A stretch of 62,056 nt of DNA, taken from contig MFWV01000001.1 of the NCBI GenBank assembly GCA_001787405.1, positions 1 through 62,056 of the forward strand. Reading direction: 5' to 3'. Source of the DNA: Candidatus Pacebacteria bacterium RIFOXYA1_FULL_38_18. GTDB lineage: Bacteria > Patescibacteriota > Microgenomatia > UBA1400 > PJMF01. Position numbers and translations under genes: made by a program. This document shows, in pieces, positions 35,589 through 47,329 of this stretch (the stretch's first letter is position 1; every line of letters starts with the position of its first letter). The notes beneath the pieces are model-generated. The model saw only the letters and a list, made by a program, of their open reading frames with translations, did not search any database and had not been told where the DNA came from.

Positions 35589-36266
35589 ATGAATAGATTG
35601 GGAAAGATAGAAACTGCGGTATTAGATTTTGATGGAGTGATGGCTATTTTACCTCCTGAATTCTGGATTGATGTCAGGATAAAAGCGTTGGAAGAGATCG
35701 CCGGTAAGAAAGTAACTACAGATGACGAGCTTTATAGGAAATTTGTAAAGCTGGGTGAAGATCCTCAAATAGGTTGGAAAGAAGCATATCTTCGTTTGGG
35801 AGGTGATTTCTTATTCTTTTCAAGGATTGTAAATAGTGCAGAAAAAGCGGCATATCTCAAATTTGATTCCGAACTTTTGGAAACGATCAATGCTTTGCGA
35901 GAAATAGTAAAAAAGATAGTGGTTTTTTCTGGTTCCAATTATGGGTCGGTGGTGGATGGTTTGAACGTGCTTTTTAATGATATGGGTACATTGAAAATGA
36001 TTGATCGAATCGTTACATCAGATCTTTTGCAAGAAACGACCAAGCCAGATTTAACTGCTTATCAACAAATGTTAAAAAAATGCAGTATTAATCCCAAAAC
36101 AGCAATGATGGTGGATGATTCTCCTGCAGAAATTGCCAGTGCTAAAAAAGCAGGAATGAAAGGAGTGTTGGTAGGCAATCATCCAGAATCAGTTTTAAAG
36201 AAAATCAAACCAGACTTACAAATCCCCAATATTTATAGTTTAATATCGATTTTGGCTGGAAATTAA
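35589..36266 (+). CDS. HAD family hydrolase
   Basis: LDFDGV, KPD and MVDDS..EI.SAKKAGM motifs. Confidence 0.88.
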   Translation: MNRLGKIETAVLDFDGVMAILPPEFWIDVRIKALEEIAGKKVTTDDELYRKFVKLGEDPQIGWKEAYLRLGGDFLFFSRIVNSAEKAAYLKFDSELLETINALREIVKKIVVFSGSNYGSVVDGLNVLFNDMGTLKMIDRIVTSDLLQETTKPDLTAYQQMLKKCSINPKTAMMVDDSPAEIASAKKAGMKGVLVGNHPESVLKKIKPDLQIPNIYSLISILAGN

Positions 36267-36334
36267 AGATTGTAAAAACACACAGGTAAAAAATTGAGGA
36301 AGTGGGTTGAGTAAAGTATATAATTGCCAGTAAG

Positions 36335-36793
36335 ATGATTTTTTTTCAGAAAATATTTCTACTTTGTTTTGCTTTTTTCAATCTAATTGTTTTTTTTAAA
36401 GCTCTTCATGAATGCAAAGTCAAGAAAAATGCTTTTGGTTTGACTCCCCCACTCACTTTAATTGGTGCTTTTGTTTGGGCAGATGCGGTAGTATTTGGTT
36501 TGTTTTGGACATTAATTTCATTGGTTAGCTGGTGGCTTGATGATTGGTTGTTATTTTTATTGATAGTGTCACTGTTTTGGGTGGTACGCAGTGTTGGAGA
36601 AACGATTTATTGGTTTAATCAACAATTTTCGACTATTGATCGTAATCCACCAGAAAAACATTTATTTTATTTTATTTTTCAGAATGATTCTGTTTGGTTT
36701 GTTCATCAAATTATTTGGCAATCTATAACCGTAATTTCCTTAGTGGCTTCTCTTTATTTTGGCTGGGCTTGGTTACAGGCACTGCCCAAGTGA
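36335..36793 (+). CDS. hypothetical membrane protein
   Basis: Four TMs, Trp-rich, ETIYWFNQQF. Confidence 0.7.
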   Translation: MIFFQKIFLLCFAFFNLIVFFKALHECKVKKNAFGLTPPLTLIGAFVWADAVVFGLFWTLISLVSWWLDDWLLFLLIVSLFWVVRSVGETIYWFNQQFSTIDRNPPEKHLFYFIFQNDSVWFVHQIIWQSITVISLVASLYFGWAWLQALPK

Positions 36794-36817
36794 GTTTAAA
36801 TTTGCTTTAATAGTGAG

Positions 36818-37756
36818 GTGAATGAAATTATTATTTTTATCATTGGTCTAGTCGGTTTGTGGTTTGGTGCCGAGTTGGTGATCAAAGGAGCGCTGGGGCT
36901 GGCTCGTCAATTTGGTTTATCTGAAAGCTTTATTGGTTTGATTGTTTTGGCACTGGGTACTGATTTACCAGAAATTATGGTGTCAGTAACTGGAGCGATA
37001 GAACAACTTCATGGAGTCAATACTTCCGGAATTATTGTGGGTAATGTGATTGGTTCCAATATGAGCAATATGGTGTTTGTGCTGGGTGCAGTGGGTTTGT
37101 TGGGTGGCTCGATGGTGATTAAGAAAAAAGAAATGTGGAGACAGAGCCTGGTGGTGGTGGCGGCCACATTGTTATTTTTGGCATTCGCTTCTGATGGAGT
37201 ACTCAATCGTAGTGAAGGATTAATATTTTTGGTTGCCTATTTGCTTTATTTTATTTTTGTCAGCAAAACCCAAACCAAATCACCCAGGAAAAAACATCAA
37301 AAACAATCCTTGTGGAAATTAATAGGAATCTTAATGGTAGGTATTATTCTGTTGGGTGAGGCCTCCAATCGAGTGATTGGTTCGGGAATAGAGATTGCTA
37401 CTACTTTAGGAGTGAGCCAATTGGTAGTAGGAGCAATTTTGGTGGGTGTGGGCACTAGCCTGCCGGAATTGGTTGTGTCTACCAAAGCAGTTTTGCGTGG
37501 AGCAGATGATTTATCAGTTGCCAATTTAGTTGGTAGTAACATCATTAATATTTTATTGGCCTTGGGAATTCCGGCCGTAATTTCTGGTTTGACTATTGAA
37601 CGACACGTGGCTCAGTTTGATTTGCCGTTCTTATTATTTACCATGATCGTGGTGGCACTTTTTACTCTTTCGCGAGGCAAATTGGAACGCAAGGAATCGT
37701 TTTTACTATTGGGCTTGTATGCTGTCTATGTAGCTCTCAAATTATTGGGTTGGTAG
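36818..37756 (+). CDS. Ca2+/Na+ antiporter (YrbG/CaCA family)
   Basis: Two alpha repeats: GTDLPE..GNVIGSN and GTSLPE..NLVGSN. Confidence 0.92.
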   Translation: MNEIIIFIIGLVGLWFGAELVIKGALGLARQFGLSESFIGLIVLALGTDLPEIMVSVTGAIEQLHGVNTSGIIVGNVIGSNMSNMVFVLGAVGLLGGSMVIKKKEMWRQSLVVVAATLLFLAFASDGVLNRSEGLIFLVAYLLYFIFVSKTQTKSPRKKHQKQSLWKLIGILMVGIILLGEASNRVIGSGIEIATTLGVSQLVVGAILVGVGTSLPELVVSTKAVLRGADDLSVANLVGSNIINILLALGIPAVISGLTIERHVAQFDLPFLLFTMIVVALFTLSRGKLERKESFLLLGLYAVYVALKLLGW

Positions 37757-37799
37757 TTACTCATGACAATTTCAGTTTTCTCGGTTAAAATCTCTTCTT

Positions 37800-38366
37800 A
37801 TGACTAAAGTTAAAGCTGGCAATATCAAAAAAGGCATGTACATTGCTCATAATGGTAGACCGCATATAGTTACTTGGACGCACTTCGGATCAATGGGGCG
37901 TGGTTCTGCTTTTATGCGCACCAAACTCAAAGATCTCAAGTCTGGTTCTACTGTGGACTATACTTTTAAATCTCATGATATTGCGGAAGAACTAGACGTA
38001 GAACTCAAAGAATTACAATTTTTATATCGCACTGAAACAGAGGTAATTTTGATGGATCCTAGAAGTTTTGAACAAATGAGTATTGAAATAGAATTATTGG
38101 ATGGGAAAGAAGAATTTTTGGCACCAGAAATGAAGGTTTATGTGCAACTTTTTGAAGAAAAACCGATCGGTATTAGTTTGCCACCAAAAGTGGAAATGAT
38201 AGTAGAACAGGCAGAAGAAGCGGTAGCCGGAGATCGTCAAACAGCAGGTAAAAAATCCGTGACTATGGAGTCAGGTTTGATTATCCAGGCTCCATTATTT
38301 ATCAAAAAGGGTGATCGATTGGTAATTGATGTGGAAACTGGTCAATATATTTCTCGCAAAAATTAG
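37800..38366 (+). CDS. efp: elongation factor P
   Basis: Three-domain EF-P pattern with QFLY, GD, APLFI..GD...D..TG.Y..R; tip loop SMGRGSA. Confidence 0.93.
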   Translation: MTKVKAGNIKKGMYIAHNGRPHIVTWTHFGSMGRGSAFMRTKLKDLKSGSTVDYTFKSHDIAEELDVELKELQFLYRTETEVILMDPRSFEQMSIEIELLDGKEEFLAPEMKVYVQLFEEKPIGISLPPKVEMIVEQAEEAVAGDRQTAGKKSVTMESGLIIQAPLFIKKGDRLVIDVETGQYISRKN

Positions 38367-38410
38367 ACTGATGATGATGCTCTCTTGCGGTATAATGTGT
38401 CTTAACAAAT

Positions 38411-38487
38411 GGGTCCGTAGCTCAGTTGGTTAGAGCGACAGCCTTTTAAGCTGTGCGTCCCGGGTTCGAGTCCCGGCGGACTCACCA
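38411..38487 (+). tRNA. tRNA-Lys(TTT)
   Basis: ACAGC-CTTTTAA-GCTGT anticodon arm, GGTTCGAGTCC T-arm, CCA end. Confidence 0.96.
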
Positions 38488-38552
38488 TTTTTAACTAGTT
38501 GATCCTTGCCCTATTTTCCTCCATAATAAGCTTATTAGTTTTTTCATGATCT

Positions 38553-40307
38553 ATGGCTGATATCAAACACCTCCTCTATATTTTACCTGATGTAGCTTAT
38601 GCCGTAGAACTAGTGCCAGGCAAGGATGGTGGTGCCTATGCGATTCGCGATTATTTACAGGTCAATGGTGATTTTATGAACGAAGACGAGCTTTTGGAGA
38701 ATAATCTCAAAAAGCTGGTTGGAAAATTACAACCTCAAGCCTACGATCTTGTTTTGCCAGATTTTTTATTTACTAATACGATAGTCAATGTCAATGAAAC
38801 TGGTAGTGAGAAAGTTAAGAAATATTTGGAAAGTGAGTTAATCCCTAGCCTAGATATTTCCTCAGCCAGTCATGCTATTCAGACTTTTGTGTTAACCGAG
38901 TTAAAAGGCTCATCCAGAGTTCAATTATCTGCTCTAGAATTGAGTGTGTTGGAGCCACTGCAAACTACTTTTGTAGATGGTCCATCAATCAAAAATATCT
39001 ATCCTTTGAGCTGGACGCTGAAATCTCTAATCTCTCTAGAACCCTCGATAAGTTTGGTACAGATGGGAGCTAATTTATATTTGGTCCAACATTATATTGG
39101 AGTAGATCAGGCAATTTCTGCCAGCGCAGAAGATGCGGAAAAATTGGTAGAAACAATCAAGACTCTGAAAGGAGCCGAACCAAATATCCAAACTCTTTAT
39201 TTACTCTCTAGTGCTCTGGTAGAAAGCAAACTCAAAGAAGGTTTAAAGAATACTCTCCCCATTCAACAGTTGGCTGATGATAGTGAAGAATCAGAAATGC
39301 CTTCATACATCAAACAAGTGGCGGAAGCGAGCGCAAAGACTTTATCGGTTGCAGATTACAAAATTCCAGTGTTTACTATGAGTGTTGGTAAAAATAATAT
39401 GTCAGTGGCAGATTCAGCTACTGCGAAAGAAGTTATGCCGGATAAAACCCCAATTACGACAGACTTACCTGCTCCCAGTACAGCAGACGATGAAAAGGTA
39501 GAACCAGAATTAGAGTTTGCCGACAAAACTGAGCTGATTGATGATTCAGCAGATAATGAATCAGAATCTGAAGAAACTTCAGCTGAAAAGACCGAAGTAA
39601 ACGAACCCGAACTAGTCAAGCCTGAAGAAGTGGACTTGAGTCAGTTTTCCAGCAAAGAAGAAACAGAATCAAATGAAGAAATAGAGTCAAAAGAAATTGA
39701 ATCAAAAGAATCAGAAACCAAGTCAGAAACATCAAAAGGAAAAACTGCTGTTGAAAAAGCTAACGCCTCAGTAAAAGAAAAAACAAGTGAAGAAAAATCA
39801 TCCTCAAAACCAAAAGCAGTGATCAAGAATGATCGAGGAACTAATTATATGGTAAAAATGATTTTTATTGGTTTGACCAGTTTTTTTGTGACGGTTGGCA
39901 TTGGTTTGGGTATTGGTTTGGGACTGCTCACTTTTACCAAATCCGAAGAAGCAGAGCCAACTCCCACCGCAGAGGTTAGTCCTACTCCGGAACCGACACC
40001 TACTCCTGTTCCCGCTCCAGAACTCAATCGTGCTGATTATAAGGTCAAAGTAGTCAATGCGACTACCAAGGCTGGTTACGCCAGTGAAATTGCTGATCTT
40101 TTGGAAGCAGCAGGTTTTGCATCAGTAGCAGCTGGTAATGCACTGGGAGATTATGAGGCAGGCAATTATGTTTTAATGACGGAAGAGAATAAAAATTTGA
40201 TTGAGTTGTTGAGCAAAGATATTGATTTGGAATTAGTTTATGCTTCTGATAAAGAAGTGGAAGATGCCGCTGAAGCGTATACAGTAATAGTAGTTTTGGC
40301 AGAATAA
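38553..40307 (+). CDS. membrane protein with cytoplasmic N-domain, acidic linker, TM, PT linker and LytR_C domain
   Basis: C-terminal VKVVNATTKAGYA...L..AGF...GNA...VIVVL matches LytR_C. Confidence 0.75.
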   Translation: MADIKHLLYILPDVAYAVELVPGKDGGAYAIRDYLQVNGDFMNEDELLENNLKKLVGKLQPQAYDLVLPDFLFTNTIVNVNETGSEKVKKYLESELIPSLDISSASHAIQTFVLTELKGSSRVQLSALELSVLEPLQTTFVDGPSIKNIYPLSWTLKSLISLEPSISLVQMGANLYLVQHYIGVDQAISASAEDAEKLVETIKTLKGAEPNIQTLYLLSSALVESKLKEGLKNTLPIQQLADDSEESEMPSYIKQVAEASAKTLSVADYKIPVFTMSVGKNNMSVADSATAKEVMPDKTPITTDLPAPSTADDEKVEPELEFADKTELIDDSADNESESEETSAEKTEVNEPELVKPEEVDLSQFSSKEETESNEEIESKEIESKESETKSETSKGKTAVEKANASVKEKTSEEKSSSKPKAVIKNDRGTNYMVKMIFIGLTSFFVTVGIGLGIGLGLLTFTKSEEAEPTPTAEVSPTPEPTPTPVPAPELNRADYKVKVVNATTKAGYASEIADLLEAAGFASVAAGNALGDYEAGNYVLMTEENKNLIELLSKDIDLELVYASDKEVEDAAEAYTVIVVLAE

Positions 40308-40410
40308 CTCGAAAATATCCCTTGCATCAAGAAGAGTACAAGGTATAATCGGGACTGTTGTTTCGTTTTTTTGTCTGTCAAAATCAACTAAATAAATAGA
40401 AGAGGAAAAA

Positions 40411-41319
40411 ATGGCTACGGAATTACATATTTCTATTTCCGCAGAACGCGTATTTTCTTTTGGACGTCTCAATGTTTCTAATTCTATGTTGGCTAGCATA
40501 ATTGTTAGCAGTTTATTAATCTTATTTTTTGTGGCCGTCAATCGTAGTTTAAATACTAAGGATAAAAAAATTAGGCCTTTGCAAAACTTGGCAGAATATA
40601 TTGTGGAAGGTTTTTATGGTTTGGTACAGGAAGTAACGGGAAATCATCAAAAAACCCGTTTTTTTCTGCCTTTTTTCATTACTTTTTTTCTTTTTATTAT
40701 CATGAATAATTGGTTCGGTTTGTTGCCTGGCTTTGGTACGATTGGTTTTGTCGAATCAGAAACAGCTACTGAACACGCCGTTCTCTTACAGAAAGAGATT
40801 GATTCACCCGTTCAAACTGTTCAAGCGGCAACTGATCAACCAGCAGTAGCTACTGAAGAAGAAGTAATAGTGGCTGAGAATGCAGATGTGAAAGAAGAGA
40901 CAAGTGAACATGCTAAAAAATTATTTGTGCCTTATTTACGAGCTGGCACTGCTGATTTAAATACCACTTTGGCTCTTTCTTTATTTACTATGACCATGGT
41001 GCAAGTAGTGGGTATTAAATATTTAGGTTTTTCTTACTTCAAAAAATTCTTTAATTTTAAAACACCCATTACTATTTTTGTTTCTATTTTAGAAGCTGTT
41101 TCTGAGTTCGCCAAAATAATCTCTTTTTCTTTTCGGTTATTTGGTAATATTTTTGCCGGAGAAGTTTTGTTAATGGTGATTGGGGCATTGATTCCGTTAT
41201 TGGTACCTATGCCCTTTTATGGTCTGGAGATTTTTGTAGGCTTTATTCAAGCTTTAGTTTTTTCGATGTTGTCGGTAGTGTTTTATAATGTGGCCACGAT
41301 AGGCCATGATGAACACTAA
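40411..41319 (+). CDS. atpB: ATP synthase subunit a
   Basis: NWFGLLPG, TADLNTTLAL, SFRLFGNIFAGE and GFIQA motifs. Confidence 0.96.
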   Translation: MATELHISISAERVFSFGRLNVSNSMLASIIVSSLLILFFVAVNRSLNTKDKKIRPLQNLAEYIVEGFYGLVQEVTGNHQKTRFFLPFFITFFLFIIMNNWFGLLPGFGTIGFVESETATEHAVLLQKEIDSPVQTVQAATDQPAVATEEEVIVAENADVKEETSEHAKKLFVPYLRAGTADLNTTLALSLFTMTMVQVVGIKYLGFSYFKKFFNFKTPITIFVSILEAVSEFAKIISFSFRLFGNIFAGEVLLMVIGALIPLLVPMPFYGLEIFVGFIQALVFSMLSVVFYNVATIGHDEH

Positions 41320-41335
41320 TTTGAATAAAAAATAA

Positions 41336-41593
<258 letters not shown>

Positions 41594-41605
41594 AAAGGAG
41601 GTTTT

Positions 41606-42091
41606 ATGGATATTCAGTTACCACAAATTTTGTTTCAACTGGTAAATTTTTCAGTGGTGCTGGGCGCCTTGATTTACTTGTTGTATAAACCAGTACAAAA
41701 AATTCTTGATGAACGAGCTCAAAAAATAGCTGAGAGTCAAAAAGAAGTGGCTCGCATTGAAGAAGAAGGTAAAAAAATAGAGGCTCTAAAAGCAAAGATT
41801 AAACGTGAGGCAGAAAAAGAAGCCGCTGAAATTTTGGAAAATGCCAATAAAGCCGCTATCAAAAAAGAAGAAAAACTCATTGAACAGGCCAAAGCTAATC
41901 TTAAAGAAAATCTCAAAGAGGCCGAAACTCGTTGGCAAGAAGAGAAAAAACAACTAATCACCAACTCCAAATCTCAAATGGTAGATGCTGTGATTAAAGT
42001 GAGTGGATTGGTATTGGGCAAGAATCTAGATAAGAAAACCGATAAGAAAATAATCGAAAAAAGATTGGCTGAAGTTTTACAAAATCTTTAA
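41606..42091 (+). CDS. atpF: ATP synthase subunit b
   Basis: QLVNF..L...LYKP...LDER followed by a coiled coil. Confidence 0.93.
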   Translation: MDIQLPQILFQLVNFSVVLGALIYLLYKPVQKILDERAQKIAESQKEVARIEEEGKKIEALKAKIKREAEKEAAEILENANKAAIKKEEKLIEQAKANLKENLKEAETRWQEEKKQLITNSKSQMVDAVIKVSGLVLGKNLDKKTDKKIIEKRLAEVLQNL

Positions 42092-42101
42092 AAAAACAAT
42101 T

Positions 42102-42326
42102 ATGCTAAAGGTTATTATCACTACTGCTACTACTGTTAGCGAAAAAGAACTAGGTGCTTTCAAGAAAGCTTTGGTCAAAAAATATGATCAACCAATTGAG
42201 TTGGAACTCAAAACCGATCCTCAAGTAATTGGTGGAGTTAAGGTAATGGTTGGTTCAGATGTAGTTGATTTGACGATAGCCAATCAATTGGAACAACTTA
42301 AAAAACAATTATTGAAACAACTGTAA
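42102..42326 (+). CDS. atpH: truncated ATP synthase delta (C-terminal domain only)
   Basis: ITTA, DPQVIGG...VG..VVDLTI; operon position. Confidence 0.85.
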   Translation: MLKVIITTATTVSEKELGAFKKALVKKYDQPIELELKTDPQVIGGVKVMVGSDVVDLTIANQLEQLKKQLLKQL

Positions 42327-42336
42327 TTAAGTTTAT

Positions 42337-43902
42337 ATGCCTACAAAAAAAACCACTGCAAAAACCACCAAAAAAACAAAAATCCCTCAACAAATGTTTG
42401 ATTTAACTGCTCTTTTGGACAAAGTAGAGTTTGTGCCCACTGCCGAATCAGTAGGAGAAGTGATTGCCTATGCAGACGGTGTGGTACGCGCATCAGGACT
42501 AGATGACGTTCAGGCTGGTGAAATTGTGGAGATTAGTGGTAAGAAATTTGGTTTAGCGCTGAATTTGGAAGAAAACTCAGTCGGTATTGTAGTAATGGGT
42601 GACTCCATGGGTATTAAAGTGGGTGATTTGGTAACCAGAACTGGCAGAATTTTGTCGATTGGTGTCTCAGATTCCATTATAGGCAGAGTTATCAACAGTC
42701 TAGGTCAACCGCAAGATGGCAAGGGTTTTTTTCCGATTACTCAATATATGCCTTTGGAAAAAATTGCTCCAGGAGTGATGGCCAGACAATCAGTTTCAGT
42801 GCCTCTGCAAACGGGTATAAAAGCCATTGATGCAATGATTCCTATCGGTCGTGGTCAGCGCGAATTGATCATTGGTGATCGCTCTACAGGCAAAACAGCT
42901 ATTGGTTTGGGTGCGATCATCAATCAACATGATCAAGATGTAATCTGTGTTTATGTAGCTATTGGTCAAAAAAGAGCTGCAGTAGCTCAAACCATGAAGA
43001 TTTTTGAGGATCATGGCGCTCTGGATTACACCATTATTGTGTCTGCTAGCGCTTCTGATAGTGCTGCCGAACAATTTTTAGCTCCCTACACTGGTTTGGC
43101 TGTTGCGGAATATTTTTTGGAACAGGGGAAAGATGTCTTGATTATTTATGACGATCTTTCCAAACACGCTCAAGCCTATCGGGAGATTTCTTTGCTACTT
43201 CGTCGTCCTAGTGGTCGTGAGGCTTATCCAGGAGACGTTTTCTATCTCCACTCTCGTTTATTGGAACGAGCTTGTCGTCTGAACAAAGAACATGGCGGAG
43301 GTTCTATTACTGCACTGCCCATTATTGAAACTCAAGCCAATGATGTTTCTGCCTATATTCCCACCAATGTAATCTCTATTACCGATGGTCAAATTTATTT
43401 GGAAGCTGATTTGTTTAATGCCGGCATGAAGCCAGCCATCAATGTAGGTTTATCAGTATCGCGGGTAGGTAGCGCTGCTCAGGTAAAAGCGATCAAACAA
43501 GTAGCCGGTACTATGAAATTAGATCTAGCTCAGTTTAGAGAATTACAAGCTTTTGCTCAATTTAGCTCTGACTTGGACGAACGCACCAAAAAAACTCTGG
43601 ACAGGGGCATTAGAGTAAATGGAGTTTTGAGACAAGGTTGGGATGATCCATTGAGTATGGCAGAACAAGTGACCGTGATTTTTGCAGCAGTTAAAGGTTT
43701 GCTAGATACTGTCCGTGAAGAAATGATTCAAAAATGGGAAGCAAGCTATGTGGAATACCTACACGCCTCTCATCAAACTTTATTGGATAAAATTACTGCT
43801 GAACAAAAGTTAGATGATGATTTGAATAAAAAACTTCAAGAAGCAATCGAAGTTTTCAATAATTTACATCCAGAATTTATGATCGAAAAAGAAGTGAAGT
43901 AG
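42337..43902 (+). CDS. atpA: ATP synthase alpha
   Basis: GDRSTGKT and [19 protein letters not shown] motifs. Confidence 0.98.
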   Translation: MPTKKTTAKTTKKTKIPQQMFDLTALLDKVEFVPTAESVGEVIAYADGVVRASGLDDVQAGEIVEISGKKFGLALNLEENSVGIVVMGDSMGIKVGDLVTRTGRILSIGVSDSIIGRVINSLGQPQDGKGFFPITQYMPLEKIAPGVMARQSVSVPLQTGIKAIDAMIPIGRGQRELIIGDRSTGKTAIGLGAIINQHDQDVICVYVAIGQKRAAVAQTMKIFEDHGALDYTIIVSASASDSAAEQFLAPYTGLAVAEYFLEQGKDVLIIYDDLSKHAQAYREISLLLRRPSGREAYPGDVFYLHSRLLERACRLNKEHGGGSITALPIIETQANDVSAYIPTNVISITDGQIYLEADLFNAGMKPAINVGLSVSRVGSAAQVKAIKQVAGTMKLDLAQFRELQAFAQFSSDLDERTKKTLDRGIRVNGVLRQGWDDPLSMAEQVTVIFAAVKGLLDTVREEMIQKWEASYVEYLHASHQTLLDKITAEQKLDDDLNKKLQEAIEVFNNLHPEFMIEKEVK

Positions 43903-43903
43903 C

Positions 43904-46257
<2,354 letters not shown>

Positions 46258-46259
46258 AA

Positions 46260-46679
46260 ATGAAAACCTTTCCGCTTCATATTGTTTCTCAAGAAAGAAA
46301 GCTTGTCTCGGTAGAAGTCGAGTCAGTTTCGATTCCTACTTCAGAAGGAGAAATCACGATTTTGGCAGATCACATCCCCCTTTTTACCAAAGTAAAAACT
46401 GGTGAACTAGTCTATCGTCAGGGATCAGAAATTGTTTCGGTAGTGGTTTCAAATGGATTTATGAATGTTTCGCCTGAAGGTGAAGTAAAAGTGATGGTGG
46501 ATAGTGGAGTATTGGACAGAAACATCAGTTTGGAAAAAGCCCAAACAGCGATCAAAGCAGCTCAAGAAACCATGGAAAAAACTCAAGATCAAAGAGAATT
46601 AATGATGGCTGAGGCCTCTCTTCGTCAAGCAATGATGGAAGTCAAGGTAGCTCAAAAAACCAAAAAAACCAAAATTTAA
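46260..46679 (+). CDS. atpC: ATP synthase epsilon
   Basis: GEITILADHIP motif; operon position. Confidence 0.95.
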   Translation: MKTFPLHIVSQERKLVSVEVESVSIPTSEGEITILADHIPLFTKVKTGELVYRQGSEIVSVVVSNGFMNVSPEGEVKVMVDSGVLDRNISLEKAQTAIKAAQETMEKTQDQRELMMAEASLRQAMMEVKVAQKTKKTKI

Positions 46680-46778
46680 TTTTCACTTTAATTGATTTTT
46701 TTACTTTTTAATTTGGCAAAATAATTTGTTTAGGATTACGCTTGCTTCAATAAAAAAACCCTTTATACTATCTCCATT

Positions 46779-47255
46779 ATGGTAATAGACAAAGTACAAC
46801 TTACTCAAGAAGGCCTAGAAGATCTCAAGGCAGAACTTCTTCAGCTTAAAGAGGAAAAACTCCCTCAAATCATCAGTCGAGTATCTTCGGCTCGTGATCA
46901 GGGTGATCTTTCAGAAAATGCTGATTATCATAGTGCCAAAGAAGAACAAAGTTTTGTAGAAACCAGAATCAGTGAAATTGAAGATATTTTAGCCAACTCA
47001 ACAGTAGTTAAAAAATCAACCAATAATCAGAATCAAGTAGGCATTGGTTCCAAAGTAGAGGTTAATATTAGTGGTAAAGCGAATAAGACTTTTACTTTTG
47101 AGATTGTGGGTGAGTTTGAAGCAGATCCAGAAGAGGGTAAGATTTCCTCTGTTTCTCCATTGGGTAAAGTCTTGATTGGCAAGAAAAAGGGGGAAGAAGC
47201 AACTGTTATTACCCCAGCGGGAGAAGTAATCTACACAATCAAAAATATTAAGTAA
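46779..47255 (+). CDS. greA: transcription elongation factor GreA
   Basis: GDLSENADY and ISSVSPLG motifs. Confidence 0.96.
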   Translation: MVIDKVQLTQEGLEDLKAELLQLKEEKLPQIISRVSSARDQGDLSENADYHSAKEEQSFVETRISEIEDILANSTVVKKSTNNQNQVGIGSKVEVNISGKANKTFTFEIVGEFEADPEEGKISSVSPLGKVLIGKKKGEEATVITPAGEVIYTIKNIK

Positions 47256-47275
47256 TATTTTATAAAAAAAAGACT

Positions 47276-47305
47276 TAAAACCCCCGCTTTTGACGGGGGT
47301 TTTTA
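47276..47305. terminator. intrinsic terminator after greA (possibly bidirectional)
   Basis: AAAACCCCCG-cttttga-CGGGGGTTTT. Confidence 0.85.
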
Positions 47306-47329
47306 CGTTTATAATAATAGGTATACAAA

